Assembly: GCF_009914755.1 (NCBI RefSeq)
Contig: NC_060947.1
Source of the DNA: the human T2T-CHM13v2.0 reference genome, Homo sapiens
Direction: 5' to 3' (one strand)
Length of the DNA: 64,000 nt
Shown here: one piece after another, positions 13,960 through 28,679 of the stretch
Position numbering within the stretch: the stretch's first letter is position 1
Layout: each line of letters starts with the position of its first letter
Program-made: the position numbers and the translations under genes
Notes under the pieces: generated by a model
Seen by the model: only the letters and a program-made list of their open reading frames with translations
Databases searched by the model: none
Told to the model about the DNA's origin: nothing

Positions 13960-16310
13960 AATAATCTGATGGTCTTAAGCTTTTGTGTTGATGTAGATGA
14001 CTTACACTAGCTCAACAGATTCCTTAACTAACGCAAATCAAATTACCTTCACTGATCTTTACCTCTACTCCAGCCTTTTGAATCCACTGGCCACAGGCTG
14101 GCTAGTAGTTCTTACTCCATCTTTGAAATCTTAATCACGATATCCCACTCTGAACACCATATATTATATTTCCAAAGGCTGCTCATCTTCTTAACTCCTG
14201 CAGACCTCATCTCAGGACATCTCCACATGCTAGATTCCTGTTGGCTTCTCTTTTTTCTTATCAAGCCTAAATTCCATGATCTGCCCTATTAACTACTCTC
14301 TCCCCATTTTGTTCAGCTTTCTGGTCTTTCTTGTAATTATTTTCCTTCTAAATCCAACCACAGATCAGCCTGAAAAGCTATGTTCTCTGCTTCCACATCC
14401 TGACTGATTAATAATGCTCAAGAAAATTATAAAATCATACAAATTCACACCATTCAAATTGAGTCTCCACATTCAGCTGTGTTTTAACTGCTCTCAAATA
14501 ATCTTTGTGTAGGTCCTTAACAACATTTTCTCATTACCTTTACAGCTCATACAAATTTTCAACTACCTTGTCAAACCCCTAATCCATTTCATATCTTCCT
14601 TCACTCCAGTGCCACTGAAAAATATCAAGGCCATTAAGTAGAAAAAAAAATTTCTAACTTCTGCCTCTAATATTCACATATAGCACCTTTTCTGCCTGTC
14701 TTTCCACCTAATCTCCATGGAAAAGGTGTTCTTCATTATAGCTCAAGCTAATCTTTCGTTTGGACTGGAACTTTCACCGATTTGCCCAGAAGTCTTACTC
14801 TACCAAAAACTCACTGTTTTGGCATATCTTCCACCTTATCTTCTTTAATGTTTCTTTCTTCTCAGCATAAGAAACTGCTCAAATATCTCCTGTCTTGAAA
14901 TACACTTCCTCAGACCCAAACCCGACCCCTTCTCTTCTACCCCCTTGAGAGCCAAGGTTCTTGGAAAGAGATTTATATACTCACATTCCACTTCTTCATC
15001 CCTCACTCATGCCTCCATTCACAAACATTTGGCTTCTGCTTTCACCACTTTGCTCAACCAGTTATCACTAAAGATCATTAAAACCTGCATATTGCCAAAG
15101 TCGATTCTTGGGTTATTCTGAGGCATATGACACTGCTGACTACTCCCTTGAGATTCTCCTCTCTTATGTTTCTTCTTTCCTATCCTTAGATTTATTCTTA
15201 TCTCACTAATCACTCTTTCACAGTCAACTTCATGGACTTCATTCTTCACTAGACTTTCAGGTGTCAGTATTATCCAAGGCTCTGTCCCACCCCTTGGCTC
15301 TTCTTCCTCTTTATACAATTTTTTGAGTTACCTTATCTGAATCCATGGTTTAAACTACCAATTATATGCAGATAACTCTTAAACCTCTACACCACCTCTC
15401 TATCCAACCCAGAACTAGTGAGCTCCAGATTACTACTGAATAGTCTCCCTACTAGATATCTTCTCCTGGATGCCCTATGCCAAATAAGTCCCAAACTGAA
15501 GCCATCTTCCCCACCAAACCTGCCCTGTATTATCCTATATCCTCTATCTCAATAAACCCAGCTACCTCAGGCAGAAACCTTTGAGTTTTATTGGACTTTT
15601 TCTCCCATCTCCTGGTGAGTTCTACTTCCTGAATACCCTTGTATCTATATCATTGCTTCTGTCTTTTTTTCAGGCCCTCATCAATTCTGGTAGCCTACTA
15701 ATTCAGCCCCTTGCCACCAATTTCAATCTTCTACATGCTGTCAGAGGGATATTTGTAAAATATAGATCTGAACATCATGTCACTGCCTTGTTCAAAGTCC
15801 TCCAATATAGCTTTACTATGTACACAAAACACTCAAATCTTTCAGCTTAAAAAAAAAAAAAAAAAAAAAAAAACAGGGCTCTGAATGATCTTCTCCTCAC
15901 TGGCTCGGCTTCCCTGGCCTCATTTCCTCTATTCTCCCTACACACCCTTTGACCCAGCCACACTGAATTGCTTGCAGCTCCTCAAACACATAATCCTGTT
16001 TAATGCCTTTATGGTTTCAAACACATCAGGGCTAGAATGCTTTCTCCCTTTCTAAATAACATCTACTCATACTTTAAATCTCAGTTAAAATGTCACCTAT
16101 TACAGGAAGCCTTCTTTGCCCCAGAATGGATAAACGTCCTTTGTTTATGTTTTCCTCTGTCTTAAGCACTTATCATACTACACCGTCATCACTGATTTTT
16201 CTTTTCTTTCAAAGATGAGATAGGAACTATATCTGATTCAGCTCTGTCTTCTCAATACCTAACATAATGACTGGTCCAATGTTTGTGGGTGAAGGAAGAA
16301 TAAATAAATG
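13960..16310 (+). mobile_element. L2 relic
   Basis: CT-rich degenerate L2 ORF2/3' sequence (acctgcatattgccaaa, atccatggtttaaactacc, gaagccttc); boundaries approximate. Confidence 0.65.
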
Positions 16311-16411
16311 GACCCAAATGGCTAGAGAGTGGCAACCAAATGAAATTAAATTAATGCATATCAATGGGGGAAAATAAGACCTGAATTATAATCTCCTTGG
16401 GGTAAAACTCA

Positions 16412-16743
<332 letters not shown>

Positions 16744-17356
16744 TAGTGTCTGATATAATATACAGCACATTGTTAGGCATTTGACAAATATTTATCGATT
16801 GTTCTGATAACACAGGTAAAGCCTTAGTGAGGCAGTTTGGTTTATAGCAGACAACAGATAAATATAAGCCCTTGTCCTCATCCCTTAAAAAAGAACAAAT
16901 CTGCCCCTTTTATCTTACAAAAGGTTAAAAGGTGCATTGTCTTGATATTAGTCCCTCTGAATGACCTCATCATTCCCTTGTTCTTCCTGTTAAATTTCTA
17001 TTCATTTCCAAAAATTCATCCTCAAATGCTGTGTACTCCTGGAAGCCTACCCTGACCTCTTCGTGCAATGTTAAGCACTTTTCCTTCTGTAGCCTGTGAT
17101 GCCTTGTTCTTCCTTGAAATATTTAACAATTTGATATAATTACTTGTACTCCTTGAAAACAGGGATAATATTCTGGTTACTTTTGTCACCTTAGTGCCCT
17201 AGCATAGTATCTAGAATACTTGTTTCTTGATGAAAAGAGATTTATGCCATGTTCAACTTCCTCTTCCTTCCTTTACATGTACATACTGAGGTTTTGATAT
17301 ACTTCACCCTAATGAACTATCCTCAGCCCCTTCCTTCAAAATGAGTATATTTTTAC

Positions 17357-17406
17357 CTTTGGGAAAACTTGTGGCCCATGGATATCCATTCCTTCTCTAT
17401 CAAGAT
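17357..17406 (-). CDS. MTMR8: MTMR8 coding exon 10 (50 nt, phase 0-2)
   Basis: ILIEKEWISMGHKFSQ(R); atypical acceptor ...ataaaatgaag, gtaaaa donor; required to keep frame between exons 9 and 11. Confidence 0.9.
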
Positions 17407-17794
17407 CTTCATTTTATAGAAAAGAAAGTGTTTGCATTAGGAAAATCATAAAATGAATTAACCATACACACAAGAATGTCAAAACACTTTGCTGAAATAG
17501 TTGAACTGATCATAAAATAGTTAATTTCCTAAATGATAAATAAGTAAGTAACTTAGATTTCATTCATAAGCCTATACAGGGTGCCTTCAAATTTCAGATG
17601 CTCTCAGACATATCCAGAGTCAAATTTCCTTTGGCTTTCACATGTGTGACAAGCCACTGAGCCATAACTAAATGCAATCCTGATAAGCACGATATTAAAT
17701 TCACACTTTGAAAAACAGAAATCCAAAGGCAGCTCTTAGCTTTATACCAGTAACAAAACCATTTTTAACCATTAAAAAAAAAAAAAAAATTCTA

Positions 17795-18103
<309 letters not shown>

Positions 18104-18545
18104 GCTTTCCAAAGAAATGAGAATAAACCACTATGGTGAGTTCTGTTTCTTAGAAAGATCAACTAAGAGGCTTTAGATTCAGCATTAGAAAACAATCATA
18201 AGTCTGACATTCAAACAGCTGACATGTTAAAGATGATGAGCCCCTTGGACAGTCTATTTGACAGTCATCCATTAAGCTCTGCAAACTTTTTGAGCTTTTC
18301 CTACTCTGTACAGTAGTCTGCTACATATAACTTACCTTCTGATAGGTAAGAAGTATGTTGAACATACAAAAGAAAGTATACAGATAGTACACACCTAAAT
18401 TTAATGAAAAGAAGCTAAATTGGAAAAGCTATTTTTGTAGACTTAGAGCTAACTCTGGCAAAAAAAATATTGTTTGACAGTTATTTTTTATTTTGTCGCA
18501 ATCTGTCTCTTACACAAAGTAAAATATAGTAGCGTGCTCTCTTAC

Positions 18546-18671
18546 CATGAGTCCTTTGAATGTCCTATAAAATGGATCTAGGAGGATGCTAGCCACTGAG
18601 CAGACTTGTGCTGTGCGGTCCCATCCATCAGAACAATGGACTAAGACACTGGCCTTTTCTACCTTCACTGC
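18546..18671 (-). CDS. MTMR8: MTMR8 coding exon 9 (126 nt, phase 0-0), catalytic CX5R loop
   Basis: [42 protein letters not shown] with the intact myotubularin signature HCSDGWDRT; cttcacag acceptor, gtaaga donor. Confidence 0.97.
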
Positions 18672-19219
18672 CTGTGAAGACAAGAGGCAAAAAAGTACCA
18701 CAAGCAACCTTTGCACAGCTTGTTGGATTAAAGAGTTGCCAAATACTGTCCCTAAAGCACAGAGAACCTGGTCTTATGGGCTACATTAATTTTTTCTCAT
18801 AACATTAACATCCTCTATGGGGAATGAAAAGGAAAACAATGGAGTTCAAGAGAAGGAGAGCTTACCACATAGGAAAAGAATATCAAAACTAACCCATAAT
18901 GCAGGGCAAAAAGAAAGATGAGGGGAGTTCTAAATTCACTAAACTTCTGAAGAAACCAAGGATCAATTCTCAGAGGAATAGGTGAACTGGAGGAAGAATT
19001 CACACTCAAAAACACAGACAGCTCTGCATTCTAGTCCCAGATCTGACAACAATCTCCTCTAGCTGTTTTAGTGTTACTAACACAAATGCTTTCAACTTAA
19101 GATGGAGGTGCTTGCCTGTCTTAGGTCGCTTTAACAAGTGATTGTATAAACACAATCAGAATGATGTAAAGATCTGGGCAGTTATTTAACCTGGGAAATT
19201 TTGGCAATGGTACATATTG

Positions 19220-21750
19220 ACCACTCATTTATTCATTCTAACAATTTTGTGCCTCTATGTGCCAGGTATTAGAAATACAAAGACTCAGTTTCTGCTTTCA
19301 AGGAACCCACAAACTAGTCAGGGTGACCGAAAATAAATAAATAATTAAAATACAATGGAAAAACTACTGGTAATATACAGTAATGTGTAGTAACAATATT
19401 CTTTTGCAGGAGCCAGGGAAGCTTGACCCTTGAAGAAAGAGCTGGGTTTCCTTAGGTGAAGAAGGACATTAATTCACCCATTCATTCATCCACACACCTA
19501 GCCAATAATTACTGAGTGACTGTACAAGAGGCACTATGATGTGCATTGGGAATACAAAAGAGACAAACACTTAAATGCATGACTGCAAACCAATGAAAAA
19601 TAAAAGGGGAAAATCCATGCCAGGTATAACAAAGGCACAAAAGATAACCAGCAAGGAGGAGACAACTAAGGTGGGTCTGGAAAGATGAATAAGAATTTAC
19701 CAGATGGACCAGGAGGAAAGGACATTCCAGGCTGGGGAATGATGTAACAGCGTGTACATTGCAAGGAGGCATGACATAGAGGAAGAACAATTAATGACTC
19801 AGGCTAAGCTGGAAGTGAGAGAATAAGGAGAGATAGAGCCAGCTAGGAGGACAAGGGTCAGACCAATCAAGTATACATTTTATCTGATGGCAATAGGGAG
19901 TTGGAAGCAGAGGAGTGCCATGATCAGATGTACATCTTTGAAAGATCACTGTGGTGGCAGTAAGGAGAATGGATTGAGAAGACATGAGTTTGGATACAGG
20001 AAGACCAGTTAGGAAGCTACTAAAATCGTGGAAGTCCATATAGGCCTGAGGTAAGGTAGTAGCAGTGGAGCTGAAAAACAGAAGAAGGATTTTAATTATG
20101 AACATTTTAACAGGACAGAGTGAGAGACTAGTCATGGGATGAAAGAAAAGGAAAAGTTAAAGATAACTCTGAAATGTGTGGTTTAGCAACCAGGTGGATG
20201 GTAGTGCCATTAGACTAAATAATGAACACAAAAGCAAGTTTTAGGTAGTAGTGGTGGTATGTAAGAAGATTTATGTTTTGGCCATGGTGAGTTTGAGGTA
20301 GTTCGGGAACATCTAATGGAAAGTCCAGTGAGACAACTGGATATGTGGGTTTGAAGTTCAGGAGAGGGAAAGATCTGAACCAGAGTATAGATTTCACCAC
20401 TATCTGAATAGAGATAGTAGTATACACTGTGTGCATAGTTGATGCTGCCCAGGCAGAGACCAAATGTGACAAAAGAAAAGACCTTAAAAAGCAGTGACCC
20501 TTAAAGGGCAAGCAGAGGAAGGAGGATTATTATAGGAGTCAGCCTGTTCAAAAAAGCCCAAAAGGTAAAAAGAGAGCCAGGAGGGAATAGTTGGATAAAA
20601 GTCAGGACTACAAAAAGGGTTCAAAGTGAAAAGGAGTGAACTGTGCCAAACACAACAGAGAGGTCAAAATAGAGTGAAGACTAACAAGTGACTCTTAGAT
20701 ATGACAAGTCAAAGGTCATAAGACCTCTGGAAGAGCAATAGTAATTATATGAAAATTGGATCACAGTGGGCTGAAAGGTGAAGGGAGATGAAGTACTAAT
20801 AGGAAAGACTAACTACTTTTCAGAAGGCGCCAACCAAGAGGAAAGAGGGCAATAACTAGAAGATTGAAAAAGTACTTTTTCTTTAGGAATGAGAAAATAT
20901 TTGAGCATACTACTGAGAGAAGAAGCCAGTTGAAAAGAATAGGTTGAAAATGTAAGACAAAGAGGGTTTAACTGACAGAGTTGGTTCCTTAAAGTAGGAA
21001 GAGATGGAATTTCAAATATAGGTAGAGTGAGTATCCTTACACAGAAGATGGGGCACTATGTCCACCGAGATAGCAAAGAAGTCGGTAAGGATAATAGTGA
21101 GAAGAGGTATTATATACATTTTTCCATGAAGGACATGTTTCAATATGAGCTTACAGAGAGGGGAGTTACCATGGTGTAGCCAGTTTGAAAGCAAGGTACA
21201 AGGAATATCTGCTTGGTGAAACAGGACTGGGAGCCAACCAAAAACACATAAAATAACTGTTCAGCTCAGCTAAGACTATAAGGCATAAACCTGTGATGGT
21301 ACCAACTAACATATCTATGGGATACATCTATTTGCAGCAATGCTTAGAGGTCAGGGTGTAAGAGCAGAGAATGACCGTGGCTAGCAGGGCAGGTAGAGTG
21401 GAAGGATAAGAGACAAGGTGGAATGGATGAAGTGCTACACCACCCGGTCTTGGTATATAGGGAAGAAAAAAGAAGTTTGGAAAAAGAGGAGTTAAAAGTA
21501 CAGAGGTTTCCATGAGATAGAAGAACTATGCTAGCTGGATTAAGGATGTGAAAGCTGGAATTATAAAAAGTCCAAAGAACTGTAAGTGTAGAATGTTTGA
21601 TAAGTTGTACATTGACACTCAAATCTCTTCAGATGACGGGAAGAACCAGGATGGAAAAGAAGACGGCAAGGCTGTTCCCAACATCCTTAATGGAGGGGGA
21701 AGAGTAACTAGAAGGTATAGAGGATGGTATAGCTAAATGAAATAGATCTG
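19220..21750 (-). mobile_element. L2 relic(s)
   Basis: Purine-rich antisense L2 motifs (cattcattcatc, gatcagatgtacatctttgaaagatcactg, gagtttgaggtag...acatctaatgg); boundaries approximate. Confidence 0.65.
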
Positions 21751-22458
21751 AAAGGAGGGGGAGGCTTTTGTAAGGAGCAAGGAGAATAGTGAAACTGCCC
21801 TGGGCCATGTGGTTCATATGATGTGGGACAATGAGTAATCTTTGTAATAGGGGTACAAGAAAAAATCGTATTCCTAGAAAGGTAGTCAGGTTTCAGGTAA
21901 AAAAGGAGTTAAAGAGATCTGGAAAAAAGTTTTTCAACCTTTTTGACTTCTCAATTAAGCAGACACCTCAGGTAGTAGCAGAACATGACGGCAGCAACCA
22001 TGTTCTTTGTTTAGGGCTCCAAACAGAGTCAAAAGTCACTGGTGGACAGAAAATGATACTGGATTTCACTAATGATTAAAGAAATACAAATTAAAACATG
22101 ATACAAAATCTATCACCTATCACATTGGCAAAGATCAAAAAGATTGATGATAACCATTGCTGCCAAAATGGAGAAATAGGCACTGTTGGTAGGAATGGAA
22201 ACTGGTATTACCTACTTGGAGGGCAATTTGGCCACATCTATTAAAATCTGAAATATTCATACTCTTTGACACAGAAAATCCACTTCTATAAAGATATATG
22301 TTTAAGAATATTTGGTGCAGCAATATCTGCATTAGCGAAAAATTAGAAACAACTAAGTTACCACAATTGAATATAACATAGTTGCTGAAAAGAATGACGT
22401 AGTACTGACTGAACTGTCTTAAGAAATGCTCATTAAATAGTATAAGTATAAAAGGTCA

Positions 22459-22816
<358 letters not shown>

Positions 22817-22851
22817 TTAATATGTGTAACTCTATATGTTGAAAAATTCTA

Positions 22852-23058
22852 CAGCAGCACTGTCCAATATGGTAGTAACCAGCCACCTATAGCTACTTAA
22901 ATTTGAATTTGTTAAAACTAAATAAAATCATAAATTCAGTTCCTCAGTCTCACTAGCCACATTTCAAGTGCTCAATTTCCACATGTAGTGGTACTGTATT
23001 AGACAGTACAGATACAGAATATTTCCATCATCACAAAAAGTTCAAATGGACAGTGCTG
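22852..23058. mobile_element. MER3/MER33-like DNA transposon
   Basis: TIR-like cagcactgtcca ... tggacagtgctg; ttcagttcctcagt, agccacatttcaagtgctc. Confidence 0.75.
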
Positions 23059-24888
23059 ACTGAAGGACATAAACATTAAACTACTATCAGTGATGTGTAT
23101 GCACTGTGGTACAAACTATGGGGAATGTTTACATTTTATGTTATATATTTCTGAAATGTTTACTTCTTTGATAATGTACATGTATTGCTTTTGTAATGAG
23201 AAAATAGGTAAATAAAATAAACATTTAAAAAAGAGAGAGAAAAAGAAGTAACATAGTATGTTAGAGAACAGCAAGAGGTCCACTACAGCCAAGCTGGGGC
23301 GACATTGTGAAAGACTCTGAATGTCAAGCTTATGGGGTCTTATTGGCAATAGAATTGATAACCAATGGAGGATTTTGAGTTTAAAGTGACATGATCAGAC
23401 ATGTTCAAGAAAAATAACTTTAGTAGCAATTTGGTTCCCGAACTAAAGAGTAACTACTAGAGACAAGTAAAGCAGTTAAGAGGTTATTACACTGTGAACA
23501 ATGGATTGTGGCTATCTTAACTAGAGAAATAGCAGTGGAGACTGGGAAGAAAGGACAGATTTGAGAAACACTTTTGAAGCAGAACACATGGGACTTGGCA
23601 ATAGCCAGATGGAGGAGAAGAGGTAGAGTTCAAGGCTGACTGAAGTTCTCAAGCTTGGGATATTGGATAGGTGGTAACAGAGATAGGGAACACAGAAACA
23701 CTGTGCAATCCAAGCCTATCTTTTTGGTTCATTCATTTTAATTCAACCAATATTTATAAGGCTGTACTGTCTATCAAATCTCCCTCTTATCCATCCTCAC
23801 TCTCTTTGGTCTAATAAATTTGGTTTCAGAAAGGGACTATAGATATATGGATGTAGAATCTATGAAAAAGGAACAGAACAAAGAATAGTTAGAATAGTGG
23901 GCTTGAAACAACTGACAGGGTCACATAGTGAACATCAATAACAATGAAAAGTGCAGGCAACAGGATTAGGAAAGCAAAAAGCATTAGGGCTTGGATATTT
24001 AAGGCAGTTCATTATATACAATCTTCAAACCTTTTAAGCCAGAAGTTATATATAACATTGCCTTCAACTGAGAAAATTATAGCAGATGTATGAAAAGTCA
24101 TTATCTCCTTTGCTTTTACCAAATAATGGGGGTGGGATGAAGAGGTAGAGTACTCATGTAGAAATACATAAAAACAAAACGTCAAAATGAGAAAATATAC
24201 ACTGAATTTTGTTTTTGTTTTTGTAAGAAAACAAACCACTTAACAAAGGCTACAGAGCCTAGGGTCCTAGAGATCAGAAAATAAATGAGTCAGCATAAAT
24301 ACAGGGTGACAAAGCCTGCCTAGACTGCATTTGGAGGCAGATCTATACAAAGAAGTTTAAAAAAATAGGTCTTTGTACTCAGAGTTCTGAAAACTCATAG
24401 ATACATAAGCTCTGCATTTATTTCACACCCACCCTTGTACTTAATACCTTAGAATCAACACAAAAATATATCACAGAATAACTGAGCTAGAGATCAATTA
24501 TTATCAATTATCAATTAGAGATCACCTAAGAGTTTTTAATGTGAAGTCCAGGGGTCTGTGGACCCCCTGAAATTGAGGTTCATTTTCTGTATGTATCATC
24601 ATATGTTCATTTTTCCAGTGGGGGAGAGGGTTAATCATATTCCCAAAGAATTCTGTGGCCACCTAAAAGTTACATCATTAGATTATAGTTCAACCACCTT
24701 GTTTAAAGATGGAGACACTGAGACCCAGAGAAGAAAAGAGACTTGCCCAAGGGCACACAGTGAATTAGTGGCAGAGCTGAATCTAGAAACTAGATTTCTT
24801 TTCAATATTCTTTCCACCATGGCACACTACTACTTCAATATATCCCATAATTAAAGTCAGTGCAAATTTTAAAAGTCCTGATTATTAC

Positions 24889-24998
24889 CTTTGTAATGAA
24901 AATTCCAGCATCCATAATAGCTTTAATGTGTCTTAACCACCCTGAGCTCTCCAGGCCGCTAAGAAATTCACTCATTGTTGGAGTTTTCAATTCACAAA
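24889..24998 (-). CDS. MTMR8: MTMR8 coding exon 8 (110 nt, phase 1-0)
   Basis: (V)CELKTPTMSEFLSGLESSGWLRHIKAIMDAGIFITK; ctaccttag acceptor, gtaata donor. Confidence 0.95.
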
Positions 24999-26322
24999 CT
25001 AAGGTAGAAAAGGAAGCAGAGATTGAAATTCACAATCAACTCAGTTTATTCATTAAGGGGAGAAAGTGGATCTCCATATCGTAAGTGAGGAAGCTGAGGC
25101 AGAAAGGTTAAATGATTAGTTAGAAACCACACAGTGAGTCAGGGACAGAACTAGGTCTAAAGCCTACCAGATCTCCTCGCCTGGGCCTCTGCTTTATCAT
25201 GCTGTAGAACCCACTCTCAAGCCCTTAGAAATCTCTCAAGAAGAGAGCCAGAAGACTGAATTAGCATCTACAGGAAAACACACCTCCTCTGATTAGAAAA
25301 CATATTTGATCCCTATCCTAATCCCACCCACTTATGCTAACTCTGAAGGCCCTCAGCATCTGTCTCTACTCCCACACCCCCATCTACTCCCTGTAGCCCT
25401 GTTCTGTCAACAGGTTGAAAAAAAAAATACCAGTTAATTTTTATGCACTTTGCAATAATTATCCAGCAGAGGGAAATCTTTTGCCTTAAAAATCTGTAAA
25501 ACAAAGTCCTCTTCCATAAAATATTCTGGGGCAAAAAAGAAAGGAGTAAGAGACCTAAGGAAGAGGGATATTAATATTTTAAAAGGGATGCAGACTGAGC
25601 AGATGAGATCTGGCAAGGGTGATGTAAAGGAGAGGTCATGGCAGACTACGCAAGTACAAAGTTGAAGAAAGAAGAGGAAGAATGGGGAGTTCACTAAAGA
25701 AGGCAGGTTTTCACTATCTCTGCCTGAGTTGACATAGAACATCATGGAATCCTGGGTAGTGGTTTTAGGAGAAATGCTCTACACCCAAGAGTCTTGTAAG
25801 GCCCCAATCCCACCTTGCCCCCTTTCTGACCCTAATCATTTTGTAGTCGATAACAGATCACCAAAACTGTCTGATATCAACTTTATTCTTTTGAGGTCTA
25901 AATTCAACTTCATCAGCACAGTGATGAAATCAGACTGAATCCTTATACCAAATTAAAGAAGATAATTTCTTACCTTAAGGATGATAAAATGAATCCCAAA
26001 TTTATTTAATACTTATGCTGGTTTGCCTATCCCTGAAAATCAACCTCTGTATTTCCACAGAGAGAAATAATTTTCATACCAACTAGACCCAGATGAACTT
26101 TATTGAATTATGAAACTGCACATCTTAGTCCCTTTTCCAGATCAACACTGCTATAATTCAGTACTATTTAAGCTAGATTTGTACAATAGTTAAACACCTA
26201 ACCACTTATTGACTCTGCTCACCTGCTTGCTTTTATATTCCACCCCAAATCAGGCATGCTTTCTGCTTACATGATAACGCAAAGCTATGGCCGCTTGCCT
26301 AGCCAAGGTGAAATCCCTGTAC

Positions 26323-26455
26323 CTTCCAAGAGTTTCTGCAGACTGCTCCGCATTACATGGATGTTCTCAATGCCCATGAATCTGAAGCGAATGTTGGCAT
26401 AGTTGTCTTCATTTTCATACCCCTTCCCAGCTGCTCGGTTGGCCATGGCATTCAA
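26323..26455 (-). CDS. MTMR8: MTMR8 coding exon 7 (133 nt, phase 0-1)
   Basis: LNAMANRAAGKGYENEDNYANIRFRFMGIENIHVMRSSLQKLLE (also visible in ORF 26285..26524); ttgcag acceptor, gtacag donor. Confidence 0.96.
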
Positions 26456-26884
26456 CTGCAATAGCAGAGGACATAATAGAGCAGATAGGCCAGATGATGA
26501 AAGAATGGAGTTCATCAATCTCAATGCCTCATTCTGAACCGTTTAAAATCCTACCCAATTAAAAAGAAGTTAAATCAGATGAGATACATTCTGGAATGGA
26601 GAGAATTTCACTAGTTTTTACATCAGGTACTTTTAGTAACAGACTCATATAGGGGAAAAATAGGGAGATACAGTGTTTTGTTTCATTATGAAAACCTTTC
26701 TTAAGAGAGAAAAGTTATGGCAGCTATGAGGATATCTGATCTAAAAAACTGAAATAATAATTTTGAGCTGCCTACCACAAATGTTTTCTCAGCTGAAAGG
26801 GTTTTATACTGAGAAACATGCAAAAGTTCAAAAATATTTACAACTGAGAAGCTCTAGAAAGAAGCCTAAGAACTTCAGGATGAA

Positions 26885-27197
26885 TTAATTTTATTTATTT
26901 ATTTAAGAGACAGTGTCTCACTCTGTCATTAAGGCTGGAGTGCAGCAGCACAATCACAAGGTTCAATGCAGCCTTGAACTCCTGGGCTCAGGCAATCCTT
27001 CTGCCTCAGCCTCCTGAACAGCTAAGACTACAGGCACGTACCACCATGCCTGGCTAATTTTTTTTACAAAAAATGTTTTTTGTAAAGACAGTCTCGCTGT
27101 TCCCCACACTGGCCTTGAACTCTTGGACTCATGTAATCCTCTTGCCTTGGCTTCCCAAAGTGCTGGGATTACAGGCATAAGCCACCACATACAGCCC
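26885..27197 (-). mobile_element. AluJ-like
   Basis: (ttta)n tail, aggctggagtgcagc ... cccaaagtgctgggattacaggc. Confidence 0.9.
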
Positions 27198-27987
27198 AAT
27201 TAAATAGCTATTCTAGAAAAATGTCTAAAATGTGACTGCATGAGATAAATGACTTTTACTCACTGACAAAATTGAAATGGAGACATCACCAACTGTTTTA
27301 ACACTATGTTCAGTTTGTGGTAATCAGAAAATCTCTAGGTCATATGAAGAATGCTGGGTGGGGTAGGGAGTAAATGAGACTTGTGGAAATATGAATATAA
27401 TAACCAGAAGGCAGCCAAGATACTGTCTACGATAATGACCATCTTACTAATTAAGTGATTTTCTGTTTTCTGGGCCTATTTTCTCATCTCCCAATATTGT
27501 GCATTTCAGAAGGCAGGAGGAGCATGTATGTGGACAGGGTATAATTTTTGTATTAAAAGAATACAAAAACCTCAAGACACAAACTATTCAAGTTAGAACA
27601 TGCAGAGGGAAAAAAGTCAGTGTGCTAAACATATTCTGTTTACAATGCAAGACATCTGTTAAAAGGGGAAATGTGATGGTAATTTTGATCTTTTATCACA
27701 TTGATAGTGTTACTGAGCTTTCATTAAATTAATGACAAATGTCAAAGGAACACCCGTGGAAGCATAAGCAATAGTCACCTAGTAGCAAGGATGTTTGTTA
27801 TGAGTGATGCTTCAGCAAAAATAATAATAATAATAATAATTACAGTAGTCACTACCCAGGCCTGGGTAGGCCACCTAATGCAGATAACTAGCTACCTCAT
27901 ACCAGTATTCACTCTTTAAAAATATGTCTGGCAGATCTGAGTAACAGATACCTATTTAATGTTCAGGTGGCAAACTGAGAGGAAAAT

Positions 27988-28679
27988 GGAGAGACAAAAA
28001 TGGAACCTGTTAAAAGGGGCTTTTTGGTGTTGGATTTGAACAAAATGCACCAACCCTTTTGTTTCTTCAAAAGCTTGGTGTAGTTCTCTTTACTATTTTA
28101 AGATTATTTAATCTTTAAAGATACAGACGCGATTAAACTCTTTCCAATTGCAGAATGTCAGATGTAATATTTATTGTAATGTAATATTTATTGAGCTCCT
28201 ATTATATGCCTGACACTGTGCTAAATCCTTTATGTACATTATCTCACTTAATCCTCATTACAGCCTCTCAAAATGGGTGCTATATTATCCCCATAAGAAA
28301 ACAGGCTCAGAGAGATGAACCAATTTGCCCAAGATGATATGGATAAAGGCTGAAAGCAGGATTTGACCTCAGGTTTGACTGACTCCTAGAACAAAATTTT
28401 GTCAGTATAATATAGTTCCTACTAAAAGTACGGATCTAGCCATCCAGAAGAGAGGGAATGCCAGATATTTCTAGGCCTGTCTTAATTTGCTCAAATTGGA
28501 GAGAGGAAAATGGAACCTGTTAAAAAAAAGGGGGCTTTTTGGTGTTAGATTTGAACAAAAGGCACCAACTCTTTTGTTTCTTCAAAAGCTTGGTGTATTT
28601 CTCTTTACTATTTTAAGATTATTTAATTTTTAAAGATACAGACTCGATTAAACTCTTTTCAATTGCAGAATTTCAGATG
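27988..28679 (+). repeat. Direct duplication of ~175 bp (27988-28164 and 28498-28679) around a MIR
   Basis: aaaatggaacctgttaaaa...caaaagcttggtgta...caattgcagaat(g/t)tcagatg present twice, roughly 90% identical by eye. Confidence 0.92.

Noticed and set aside
27988-28679. CRISPR-like array or LTR pair
   Set aside because: Eukaryotic intron, only two copies, no TG...CA termini or TSD, and the spacer is largely a MIR.
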